Below the pieces are notes generated by a model. The model made no database searches. It was not told the origin of the DNA and saw nothing but the letters and a program-made list of their open reading frames with translations. Below are positions 12,949 to 25,678 of a stretch of DNA of 64,000 bases, piece by piece (the first letter of the stretch is position 1; each line of letters starts with the position of its first letter). A program made the translations under genes and the position numbers. The DNA is from Balanoglossus misakiensis. Its lineage: Eukaryota > Animalia > Hemichordata. The stretch is taken from the NCBI GenBank assembly GCA_040954595.2, contig CM082595.2, forward strand, positions 7,732,317 to 7,796,316, in the 5' to 3' direction.

Positions 12949-15029
12949 TCACATTTCATGCCGGTGTTCCCTCTCAGTAAAGTAGTCGTACAGGATCCTC
13001 TTCATCAACTAAAATAGAAAACAGTAATTTATTGTGCAAATATTTACTAAAATTCACGGCATGAATTACGTTTAAATATATTTTCAACAGAACTTGGAAG
13101 TTTTGACTGAACTCTTGCCTTAGTTTTCCTTACGTTCCATGCCCCCAACAACGCGTCTTCAGAATACCGTTTTGCACATGCGCATTATGCACAGTAGAAT
13201 CATATTTTAACATCGCATTGGTAATTATTAGTCTCGGTTACCCGGACTCCTCTACAACGGAAGAAGCAGAGGAGTCTGGGTAACCGAGACTATGGTAATT
13301 ATATGAAATGAAGACGAAGTGTATGCAGAAGACGCAGTAGAATGTCAACAACACATCAAAGCATGCAAAGCATAACACATCACAACACAACTGTAACAAC
13401 ACAGTACAACACTCTACACTACACCACATCACACCACACCACACCCTGATTGTAGCGGATCCGATAGTTTGCAGATAAAATACTTACTGCGTCATATTCT
13501 AATTGCTGTCGCATTGCAGACTGATTGGCCCACTGAAATTTGTCAGAAATGTTAGCTACATCATGAGCTTATACATACAAGATGGCATTTTACATAGATT
13601 CGACCTTTTATTTTCAGTTTAATATTTAACCCTTTCATAAATGAAGACACGTCTCGTAGATTAAAAGTGGACAACCCGCAACCATTGTGGCAAGATATAG
13701 AAAAGGTGACCAGTTGTATGATCTGTGCGTGGAAATGTAAACAGTTGTAGTTATAAATGGTGAAAATTCAGCGTAATATACGAAATTCTTTTTTCAAGCT
13801 TTGTGTATCTTATATCACCGTCATAAGAAGTTTACTCTCATACATCAAACATGTATGAAGACAATCACTATTCACATAATGCTTAGAGCATAATCGCCTT
13901 TCAGACCATGCATATTTACATTTGTATACAAATCAACGGTATGCTAGAATGTGCAGACAAACTAGAAACATCTAACTTGGTATTACTGTATCTAAACGCA
14001 GCCAATCAGAAGGTAGTTCACCTATTTCGTCATGCAGTCGACGGCTTACCTTTGAGCTTACCTTGGCCTTGCATCTACCAAACAGAGATTGACACGAGTT
14101 TCGAAACAGTTCCAAAATGTTATACGGAGGTGGCAAAGAATAGGGCTGTCTGGAAAAGTCGACTAGTAGCGTCGTATAAGAGAATCTCCACTCTCGCATC
14201 AAGTTGTTCTTGTTTGTGTACGTAAAAGAATGAAAGTCCAACATAATATTTGTATTTCAATAAACCAAAAAAGCAAGTGTAATGCGGTCGATTAACTTAT
14301 GTGAGGCATATGAGGAATAGAATTATAATAGACACGTCACCAGGTGAATTCCATCATTCTTTTTTGAAGATGTACGTAGCTATCGCCATCATGACAAGAA
14401 GTACTTATGGTGTGTTTATAAACAGTCGCGCATGTGCATTACAGACGACTCCAACCCTTTTAACGCGAAATCATTTCCCAGACCAGCATGTTACATTTTG
14501 ACTCAGCCTCGCAATAATCTAATCACACAAACAGTCAATAACTGGTTGCATGCATTTGAGAACAGGTATGTTCTTGGCTCTTCATTTGCACAGCATCTTC
14601 CATTTTCAAGAAACAGTCATTTGGCGTTGTAAGATTGTATTAAAAAACGTCTACGGATTATGTCTTGTTACTATAGCAAACAGAGACCAATTAAGACCCA
14701 CTACATACCTGTATATGTGAATACGTATTGGACAACATTGCGATGAATATGTTGAGCAGCGATAGAACTGCCACGGCACAATAACAAAAGTACATTAACA
14801 GTCCAAAAGATGATATGATCTCCGCTGATGTGTGAGTATGTAATGTTTGACACGGCGTCGTTTGGTTCATTCCGGGTGTCGAATTGGCAACACAAGTAGA
14901 TGGCGGCGTCGAATACTGTTCAAGGTCATGAACGCCAAAAAGTGTCCACAAAAGCCTCCACGTGGTGGCAGAGAACCTTAAGAATACGGGACAAAACACA
15001 TTTTCAAAGATCTAAGCAGTGACAAATGT

Positions 15030-15093
<64 letters not shown>

Positions 15094-15095
15094 AT

Positions 15096-15146
<51 letters not shown>

Positions 15147-16664
15147 GTCGTCGTCGTTGTTGTCTATAAAAAGGTTGTCCGATTCTGTTTCTGCCAGTGA
15201 CATACCTGTCCGATTCTGTTTCGTTGTTCCCATCCAGATACAAGCAATAAAAAGCCAATGTAAATGATATTTGAAATATCCAGAACACGAGATAGAAACG
15301 GATAATATCATACATCACTCCTTGTAGACTGATCAACGTCGGTCCAATTAACACGCTCATTTGCAAATAAGGAAGTACTGCCAAGCATGACGACAGCACC
15401 GTCAAACTGCACAAACATCGCTGCAATGTTATTAATATCGCTTGTGTAGCCGGGTCTAATGAAAACACGGCTGTAACCGCGAAGAGCGAGAACTGCGTCA
15501 GAAACATAACGCACAAGACTGCATTTTGCACGCCGAAGGACGGTGACGTCACACTTCGGCCCACGATGGTCCTGATGTCGGAGAGTACCGATACCAGCAA
15601 TCCGATCACGTACAGCGACAGTATAGCGGAAGCTACATAAACCTCCACCTTCTTCTCATCTAGCAAGGATTGGTCTGGTACCGAGATGACTATGAACCAC
15701 AGGTACAACGCAGTGAACGCTAAATGAGCCATCACGGACATCATACATCTGATCCCAGCGTTCTTCAAGCCTTTGGCGAAACGACTCGACGGGAACAAGA
15801 GGTAGACGAGCGCCACTATCGGTAGAAGGATTCCAAACGCGACAAATACCAAGATTGAGAAGACGATTGGCGAATCTTTTTTGAAGGTCTTTGATTGGCC
15901 CTCAAAAAACCACATCAGAATCAGTTGCTGCTGGCACCTGGAATCACCAACGAACTGTGGGAAAACAAAATAACATAACAGTGGGCAGATTCAAATATTG
16001 CAAAATGCTCGGTCTTTGGCCAAGGTATAGCAGATCAAACAAACTCCAATTTTGCTTTGTATAATCACTTTTTCATCAATATCAATATTTTTATGATGGT
16101 GCACAAGAAAGAATTTATCGCAATAATGAATAAATATTTCAAATCAATGAATAAGCGTTTACATCTGGGTGATGTGTGCTATAATGCGACTTCTTAATTT
16201 AGAATTTAGTGCCGATAAAACTATGGTTCTGTAAAAAAAATAGAAAAAGATTACTGCTCGGGACTGACTTCAAAGTCGCATTTTTTTTTTGGGGGGGGAG
16301 GAATCATACCTTCTTCGCATTATTCTTGATGGCCAAATCCAAAACGGGCGAATATGAAGAAGATGCGAACTGATGGCGTACTTTGTCTCGTCCATGAAGG
16401 AGAGTCACTATGTCATTTGAAGTCTCTGCAATTCTACATTTGCCCATGAGATCCACAGCAAAATCTTCCAATTTGTCTATCATTTCATCAATTTCAGTCT
16501 ATGCAAAGAGAAAAGGAAAAGCAAACATTTGTGCAAAAATAATGACTGTATGTATGTATGTATGTATGTATGTATGTATGTATGTATGTATGTATGTATG
16601 TATGTATGTATGTATGTATGTATGTATGTATGTATGTATGTATGTATGTATGTATGTATGTATG

Positions 16665-16695
<31 letters not shown>

Positions 16696-18814
16696 CTATG
16701 TATGTATGTATGTATGTATGTATGTATGTATGTATGTATGTATGTATGTATGTATGTATGTATGTATGTATGTATGTATGTATGTATGTATGTATGTATG
16801 TATGTATGTATGTATGTATGTATGTATGTATGTATGTATGTATGTATGTATGTATGTATGTATGTATGTATGTATGTATGTATGTATGTGTCTCTGTCAT
16901 GTGCGGACTCGAATGCATTTGTAAACAATAACAATGGTCAGTACACATACACATGACTTGTCGACAATCAGAGAGCCGGGTGTAATGGATTACTATAGTG
17001 AGGGAAATGTGTTTGATACACAAAATAAAGACACTGAAAAACTAGTTACAGATAGTGGCCCTTTAACCAACCTTGTAACAGTACTTGATATAGCTGTCTT
17101 TGGCGAAGGTGTTGATTTCTCCGATTAACTTCAGTGCGCTTATCAATGGATCGACGTTTGTCAGTGTTATATATGACGGACTGCTGAGTGCATCGTACAT
17201 ATACAGGGTTTCCAGTTTTCTTCTAATGTGTGTCTCAGGAGCAATCAGTTCGGGATTTTCATCTTGGAGAAAATACGCAACAAAAGCACATACTGTAATT
17301 GACCACGTTACAAATGTTACTTATCAGTGTAGACACTTAAATTCCCCCCACACCTAACAAATCACATCGGTACCTTAGTGTATGTCGTATATACATGTAG
17401 TAACATCACTGAACGCAAAAGCAAGATCATACATGATCTATGTTGACAATGTACTGGTAAATAATCTGATATGGTGAGGAGGTTATAAAAATCTAATTGC
17501 ATGCACCCACCATTTTTATGAACAAAACCTAAGGAAACAAACAAACAAACAAACAAACAAACAAACAAGGAATGTGTCAACTGAAGGGAAACCTGACGTC
17601 ACACTGTTTCTGTCTGAAACCTACCCAATAGATCTTTGCTCAGGTGGCGGGCTCCGTGGTCCAATAACAACTTCACCATCAGGAAGTGATCCTTGCGAGC
17701 AGCAAGTTGAAGAGCTGTACACGACAGGTTGTTCATTTTGAAATATTGGTTTACGTCTAAGTTTAGGTTTTCCTGAAGGAAAAGAATATAATGTTGGAGA
17801 CTCAAGAGTTATATTCAACCACACAACAGCCACACACTTGGTTTTTATTGAATTTAACCTAATTAACTCTTTAATTAAGGCCCACGTAGAGCCATATTAA
17901 GTAATCTATGGGCGGTATTTCTGATGCCATGTGCAGAACTGAATGCACAAACCGCGGAAACAGACGAGGCCAAGTGTGATGTTTCCCGCGTCTCTAGATC
18001 TATCCGTCGAATGAGACGACAGAAAATAAAATTGCTCATTACGACATAGTAAAATGTCTCATTGAAATGATAAAATTGCACTCATGTTTGCAAACTGATG
18101 CCTCCTACAAACACCAGACCCTGTACACCGACCTGTGCGATCTCCTTTTCCGTTGGAATTCTGATTTGATATAGTCCCACAAATACATGTGCACCCTCAG
18201 TAAAGTAATTGCCATTATTATACATCTAGTGCAGTGTACAGGTATGCGTTGTTATGCGGACGGTTTCAAGACCCCCCCCCCCACTCCAATGTAAACAATA
18301 AAAGAAAGATGTCTGCTCCCATGATTCGCTTCAAATGACAACAATAATAAGAGAGACGAAGAAAAACACATAAAATTAATTTTAAAAATAACGACTGTTT
18401 AATATAATCAAAAAATAATCACAAATTTTAGAATTTTGTGTATCTTTATCATGACGTACATGTAACCCCGATAAACCGTGCACGCGAGCGCTGCCAGCTC
18501 GAGCTCGAGCTTGGGTAAAAATTGTCGGTCGCCGCCAGTCAGATATTTTCGGTAGTGCACGTCTGAAGGACACAACGCGTCTATATTTAGCGTTTAATTT
18601 CACAAACCGGAACCAGTAAGAAACATGGAAGAAAATTATTCTGATGAAGGCGAGTATGATTGGGATTCGCTGCAATGGCTGAGTTATAAACGGAACGCGT
18701 TTTACTACAATGACAACGTCGACGTCGGAGAGCCTGGACCCCAACAATCGGCAGTCGCTTTCACCGGACCATCCGCACCGCTGACTTATTATCCAGAACA
18801 ACAACAACAACAGC

Positions 18815-18854
<40 letters not shown>

Positions 18855-21800
18855 GCAGGCAATGGCAGGTGATGAAAGTCTTCAGCAAATCTTTCAGTTG
18901 GCCAAAGAAATTTCGAACGACGTCCCAAAAGACACTCATCCTCCAATCAATGACGAAATTCGTAAGTTTGTTGACGAACAGAAAAGCGAAAATACCAAGA
19001 AGAAAACTAAGTACATGTACGAAGTAAATATCTTTCGTCGTTTCCTACAGCAAAACAACGAGCAAAGAGAAATCTCCACAATCCCACCACCCATACTGGA
19101 CGGGTATCTCCAACGGCAACGATATTTCTTCTCCGCGAAAAAAGCGAATGGCGACCCTTATGAACCGGACACTCTGTCATCCCATCACAGGAGTATTGAG
19201 AGATATCTAAGGGAGAATGGCTATGTCCATTCAATAACGCAGAGCAGAGAATTCACAAAGTCTAGAGAGGTCCTCAGTGCTAAAAGAAAAAGTCTAAAAA
19301 AAGAAGGGAAAGGAAATAAGCCAAACAGAGCTGAAGCGTTAACATCAACGAAGGAGGAGCTTCTATGGGACAGCGGTCAACTCGGCAGCCACAGTGCAAA
19401 AACTCTCCTCAACGCACTGTGGTACTATAATACGAAGTGCTTCGGTCTACGCGGGAGAGACGAACATTATAAAATGAAATGGGGCGACGTGCAGCTCAAA
19501 CAAAATACAGAAGGCAGATAGTTACTGGAATATACTGAACGCGACACAAAAACACGATCTGGGCAGGTGAACAATCAACGGCCATTTAAACCGGTAACGT
19601 TTGCGACAGATACGCCTTCGCGATGTCCCGTAAATTTATACAAAGCATACAGGCAACACAGACCCCAAAGTTTTCTCACGCCGGACTCTGACTATTATAT
19701 TGCAATAGACTACAGCAAAAAAACAGAAGATCCTGTATGGTTTAAATGTTCCAAAATCGGCATCAACACTCTCGGTAGTTTGATGAGTAAAATGACGGCC
19801 TCAGCTGGTATTACCGGAAGAAAAACCAATCACTCCGGGAGAAAAACGGCCATTCAGTCACTCCTAAACGCAGGCATACCACCAACGGAAACTGCTCAGC
19901 TGACCGGACATGTGAACATATCCAGCCTAAATCATTAGGCGACGCCAAACGAACAGAAGCGAGAAATTATGTCGGACATTTTGACTTCATCTGCAAGTTT
20001 AACCGTAACGGCAGTAGGCACCGGTGCCAAACGACCCCTGCGTGAAATGCCAGGCAACATCTCGCACGCAGTACAATCAACAACGTCCTGTAAAACACTA
20101 AATCCCATCCCGGAACAAAACCCACCTTCTCTCCAACGATCGACAGCATGCGCATCCGTCGATTCGGCTCTCGGGGCAATGTTCAGCGGCGCATCTTTCA
20201 GTGGTAACAGTGGTTGTAATTTTAGCTTTGACATAACGGTCAACACGGCATCTCATTCTCAGTCAGCTGTGAGGAAGCGACGCCGCCCGTACGTGATTTA
20301 TGATGACGACAGCGAGTGATTTGTGATAGAAATGACGTTGTTTCACTGTTCCAAAGTATTTTCTAGCGATTAATAAATAGCTTATTTGAGTTCCTTCATT
20401 GAACTTTTGACTGTTGAGTTGTTTATGTTGTGTGTTGTTCCGCGTGTACGGTTCAAGGCAAGGATGCGTGAGGCACGGGAATGATTTGTTTGATGGACTC
20501 TTCCATTACTGTCGGTGTGGGGATAACGAAAACAGCGCCAACATATATTTTTTTAAATTCCATGATAACCCCTTTACTTTATTTCATTTATCTATATTAA
20601 TGCAAGCATATTTAAATGCGTATCATAGTAAAATAACCCACGAAATTTAGATGTGCACATTACTTTAGAATGAAAGCCTATCGGCAGGTAACAGTAACTT
20701 GATTACCTATTAAGGTGGCATTGCATGAAACCGTCGAGACTTTTTCAGAGGACTATTTCTCATCAAAGACAACGTTAAAACCCCCATAAACCATATATAT
20801 TCTGGAAGCTGAGTTTTTGAACTTTTGTTTGCGTTGCAAATATTATTGATCCCCGGAAATGGTGGCGATTTTGGGTGAAAATCATTTTTTGATATTATGT
20901 CATTAAATTTAAATTAGGTAAAAAAGTTGACCATGCATCATGCATCTTAATATGTCATTCGAAACTAGAGTACACGTGCAAAAAAACGGTAATTTTGTTT
21001 TGGGTTATCTGCTTCCATTGAGGAGTAACAACGTTTGAAAGTTAGATTTTTAGTAAAATTTGATCAAATTCACGGTGAGTTGCATTGAATCAGAGTTTAT
21101 TCCCGCCAGGGACACTTTATCGACTAACAAAAATAATGTTTTGTTGGCTGGGTCATACACAATCCCCAGTTAAAATTTGAGCAAATTCGGCCAACGCAGA
21201 GCGAAGCTATTTTCGTCTGAAGTTGTCAAGAACAGCGAAAATGCAAACTGAGAAAAACGGCCATTTGCATTGTTGACACCTATTGGTTAAGCTGTGAACT
21301 CATTCAGAAAAGTGCTATTTTGGGGTGATTATGCACCATTTCCGCCAAGACGTATTAGTCAGGATGTGGGTCAGTATTAGGCCTACCGATTTATGTAAAA
21401 AAGTAAAATTTGGCAAAAATCACAACTTTTCATGCAAAGCCACCTTAATAATGGAATGTCCCGCTGGCTGGGTGCCAGATTTTATTTCACGCGACGGATG
21501 TTGTGAACTCACTGTGTTTTGCGGGTACGATCCGATCGAACCGCCGTTTTGAAAACCTTACAATATGCATCGCAAAAGCTAACGGAAATGTAAGATGTAC
21601 ATAATAAGGTTATTACAAAAATACCGCAAGTATGCACTCGGACATTATACTTGGCGCTAATGTCCTCGTGCATACTTTCGTAAAAACCAAATAATATTTA
21701 AAGATTTCTATTGAGAGTGCATTATAATTATTTAGAATGGAATTATATATTTTGCTTATTGGTTTCTGCCTTCATATGGAGCCGCGTCATTAAGTCTCAA

Positions 21801-22473
21801 TAAACATATCTTCGTTCGATTAGCGAATAATGAACGTTTCTACGCTTGGCGACAGCTTGACAACAATATAACAGGGTTACCTTTGTGAAAATATCATTTG
21901 ATGGATCATGTGATTGTCACTTCTCTCTGCTTTAAATTGTTTAGCTGTCCAATATATTCTGGGGCATTTGTCACATTTACAGCAGCTAATAGGTTTCGCC
22001 TTAAGCAAACGCCGACGATAGGCTAAACTGAATTATTCACAACTAATAGACGTTTGATACGAGTCCGGTACAAAACCAATCTTACGCTCATATTGAACGG
22101 GTATCACACAGATCGAATAAATCAAATCGTGGCAAATTGACATAACATTAAATATTATTATTTAATTTTGTGAAAGATTTATTAAGTTTTATTAAAATCC
22201 GAAAGGTGAAGACTTGATGTTGCGGAACGTTTGACAGTAATGTTACCACGAGTGACGCCATACCGCACACTCCCGAGCGTACACACGTCTGTTCTGTAAA
22301 ACACGGAGTTGAAAAACGTTAAGTGAACCGCTTACCTTTAGTAACTCCTCGACTTTATCGAGATCACCTTCGTTTACCGCATCGAAGAACACGTCACCAG
22401 AATCACGAACTACTCTTTGGCCGACATCCATAACATCGACACCCAAAGCCAGCCGTATCTTTTCTTGCGCCAT
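12949..22473 (-). CDS. Short transient receptor potential (TRPC-like) cation channel, 9 coding exons, 644 aa
   Basis: Manual GT-AG splicing with consistent phases: 22473-22336, 17772-17625, 17262-17072, 16498-16310, 15954-15206, 14976-14709, 14208-14062, 13532-13488, 13008-12949. Motifs: ankyrin (TALQLAARKDHFLMVKLLLDHGA); YDALSSPSYITLTNVDPL; LEDFAVDLMGKC; LAIKNNAKKFVGDSRCQQQL; S4-S5 linker IGPTLISLQGVMYDI; pore WRLLWTLFG; S6 LLNIFIAMLSNTY; TRP box EWRFSY; LPPPYNIL; rib helix EYDALMKRILYDY. Confidence 0.9.
13229..13292. mobile_element. 64-bp MITE, AcademH-like, 10-bp TSD
   Basis: TAGTCTCGGTTACCCGGACTCCTCT...AGAGGAGTCTGGGTAACCGAGACTA, flanked by TGGTAATTAT at 13219-13228 and 13293-13302. Confidence 0.8.
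15031..15156. repeat. (ATC)n microsatellite in a TRPC intron
   Basis: Direct reading. Source of the spurious poly-D/poly-S ORFs. Confidence 0.97.
16547..16888. repeat. (TATG)n microsatellite in a TRPC intron
   Basis: About 340 bp of TATG with one interruption at ~16695. Source of the spurious MYVC/YIHT ORFs. Confidence 0.97.
18625..20319 (+). pseudogene. Crypton-type tyrosine recombinase (DUF3504, ZMYM/QRICH1/KCTD1-like), two in-frame TAG stops
   Basis: ORFs 18625-19521, 19567-19938 and 19969-20319 share one frame. Motifs YEPDTLSSHHRSIERYL, FGLRGRDEH (catalytic R), TKTR (K), TNHSGRKTA (HxxR) and LTGHVNISSLNH*. PolyQ near the N-terminus. Lies antisense in TRPC intron 1. Confidence 0.85.
20714..21444. 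mobile_element. Kolobok-like MITE (TTAA target site)
   Basis: TTAA|GGTGGCATTGCATGAAA ... TTTCATGCAAAGCCACC|TTAA. Second, inverted copy at 53673-54358. Confidence 0.8.
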
Positions 22474-22559
22474 TCGGAAAGTCGGTGGACAGGAAATCTG
22501 ACAAACGAAGACCGGGGTCCGGGAAAGGAAAATGAATCGCTGACCTCACTTGCGTATTT

Positions 22560-25500
22560 ACATATCAAAAGGCGACGTCATAGAAATTATGATGCCCTCA
22601 TATGCGGACACTTTAAGGTTCCATTTTAGGAAACAAACCCTTTCAAAGATAAAACAAATCCGCGCATATACTGACCGTGAACCCCTCATTATGTAGGCAA
22701 ATATTGGAAAACGTGCATATTGGCAAAGTCTGAAATGGATCATTCATTGTCAGTGGGCATGTGATTAGAACTTCAAAACCCTTTTTAAAATGTGAATTTT
22801 GTCCTATGTATAGGGGATACAACCTACCAGAAATCATGGGTGTCATCGTTGATATAACAGACATTTCAGACACAATTCTTGCAGTGTTTTATACGGTACG
22901 AGAGAAAACCTGTCAGGGGTACTTTTCCAGGGTCTATAAAGACTTAGTTATTATGTGACCCTTGAGTAAACATGTAGCTGTATTTATGAACATTCCAGCT
23001 TCCAAAAAGATATTAATCATAGTGTTTGCTCGCTGATACCAAATGTAAACGAACACCTCATATGAAAAAGGGGCTTCTTTTTTCCTACCATGGAACGGGT
23101 TTTCGTGTTACATGTATGTCAAAGATTTGCTAAGTACCGTGGTGAAACTCCACATATACCAAAGTGTAAGAGTGTTTATTTGTAATGTGTGCGGCGCCAC
23201 AAACACGGTTTCAGTCGGTATTGGAAAGATAACCACGTGATATCTCTAACATTTGTCCTTCGTAGCAAAAGTCAACCCGCATGTAAAACGTCGACGTTTA
23301 TTTAACTGTTATCATATTTGCAATTTACATAGTAATGTTCTGAAGTGCATTACTGTACATTTCCGACGCAGCACTTCTTTCGAAATGTACAAAGGATGGA
23401 AATGTGAACTTAAGAAGGGTTCCGGGTAATGGTGGATAGTCGTCTGCACTAAGCCAGTTTGCGGAAGACCGCAGTGAGTCGTGGACCTGGAAAAAGGACC
23501 AAATGGTCTTGCTAAAGCCACAAGAATTTTGTTTCATTTTTTCGAGTCGCAAGTGTTCACTGACAATCGAGTTCACCCGGCATATAGGTCACTGTTTAAA
23601 GTGTTTTAGTTTTCAAACCATGAAGCGGCTTTGCGGGAAACCCATACGGCGCATTTATTTATTGACACCGAAGTACTGTGTCGTTTAGCAAATTGTTTCT
23701 TATCCTTATTGAGGAAACTATTTACCCGAACATTCATGTCCCCCTTCCGCTCTTGGCCAAAATTTACAAAAGTGGTAATCTATATTGCCTTACATTGCAA
23801 ACAATGTACAATCTCACTATGTGACACGTTCTTACGTTTGCTTGTGTGTGATGGCAACACCATCCAAATTTAAATCTACATATCGCCAGATTAAGGTACA
23901 GTAACCACTGCTTACATTCAGTCCGCCTGCCTTGTACATTGATACCCGCTCATGTTGTTTTGGTTTTGCGCATTGAAAATTGTGTTGAGTCATCCATGGT
24001 AAACTGCGATGAAGCCAGGGACAGGAAAGGAAATACACTTTTTCAGAAACACGTTCCTTAATTAAGCAATTTGCTGCAGAAAGATTTATAAGTTTCTGCT
24101 TTGAGAAATCTTCAAAGATTCCGAATATGAAAAATCCAAAATTAATGAGCGGTTGTTAAATTATGTAAGGCCGTAAGGAAGGTTAATTTCAGATATAACA
24201 TATCAAGGGCTGTGTCATGGTTTTTTTACAGTCACGTCCTGTTCCGCCTGTATTCTGTACAATATACGCTTATTCATGATTTGCTCCTTTAGATGGTCGA
24301 TTTAATGTCAGGTTATGTCAACTATCACCGTACCTTGTGGAATTGGCTTCATCATTACTATCCATATACGCTTGTAGAGAATAATAATGTCAGTGCATAG
24401 GACAATATAACAACACTAAATAATGCAAAAAGCTGACGAAACTGTTTATGATATTGCGGTTGGTTAACCTGACAGAAGTCTCTTTTATCGTTGGTCGTTA
24501 ATTAGCTATCAACATTTAGCCAATTATGTTGTAGAATCAACTGGCATAGTAATCGATGTGTTCATTAAATATTTACAATAGCACAGCCATAAAACTTCGA
24601 TGGTTTGGTACGTGACTAAAAGCTTTTTAGAGCATTCGATTGTTTCCGCCGGCTGTTGATGTCGCTGTATGATCATGATAGATGCTTTCGCCAAATTGAA
24701 ACGGGGATGTAAAACTGCAAGGCACCCCATTTGCGATGGGGATGTATAAGGCACTCATCGCTTTCTCTATAAGCCTGTCAATTAAGACCCGGTGGATATT
24801 TTCGAAACATTAAATTAGCTAAGTCAATCCCAATGTTGTTTTGATATTAAAAATGCAACGTCACAATCACTCATGAACATTAACATACGCGACGAGAATA
24901 TATATCCATGTACTTGTTTTGGCTGAGTCTGCCTTGTTCTCTATGCAAACTTCCGTGATTAATGATCTGCGGGTGTGTTTGAGTAAATAAATGCATGGTA
25001 CAGGTCCCTGTGAATTACATGTAAGAATGTTGGCAAGAGAGAAACCGTACCCCATAGCGAAATTATATGGGTTGTAATCTTCCAAGGCAGTGCTCTCCTC
25101 AAGGAAGAAACTTCGTGTGAAGTAAAATGTTTTGCTCTATAATTCAGAGGCTTAAATTGTTTTTGGATAACCATTGACTGAACATATACTGTATATGTGA
25201 TTATTTTTTCAAATTAATCAAAACTACTGTATTACGCGGTTTCTCAGATCATCAGCAAATAGGCCTATATCCCAATGACCAAGATAACACGCTTCTTTAT
25301 AATTGGTTATGTTCGTGTTCTGGTGACTACATCATTGGCAGGGCTTGCGATTTCACGACATTCCCATATTGTTATGATTATTAAATCGACCTTTCATGCG
25401 GATTATATACTGCTGTGAGTTATATCGTTTTTTTGTCTGCATTGTGTATACAAACATGCCATCTGCACCACCGATACATCATTGCGACGTGTGTTCGCCA

Positions 25501-25678
25501 GTACTTTTGTAACCAAATATCAGTGAACATTAGACTCTGTTCATAAACTGTAATTTAAAAATCGTCATTGAAAGTCTAAAATGACGTCTTAAAAGTATAG
25601 TGCCAAAGCAAATATTTAAAGGTCGAAAACTTGACTTGATTTGATTGAGGTCTCTCTTATTTTCCATTCAAAGAATAT
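22560..25678 (-). pseudogene. Probable, more decayed continuation of the unknown reading frame
   Basis: Repeat-free, complex sequence with protein-like minus-strand fragments (24867-25085, 23325-23576, 22643-22873) separated by many stops. Confidence 0.35.

Larger units (their letters stand above)
18400..21700 (+). mobile_element. Crypton element carrying the tyrosine recombinase; boundaries approximate
   Basis: YR frame plus a downstream hairpin GTATGCACTCGGACATTA...TAATGTCCTCGTGCATAC (~21630-21676), similar to the other palindromic inserts in the window. Confidence 0.5.

Noticed and set aside
15012-17023. Poly-D/poly-S and MYVC/YIHT ORFs
   Set aside because: These are translations of intronic microsatellites.
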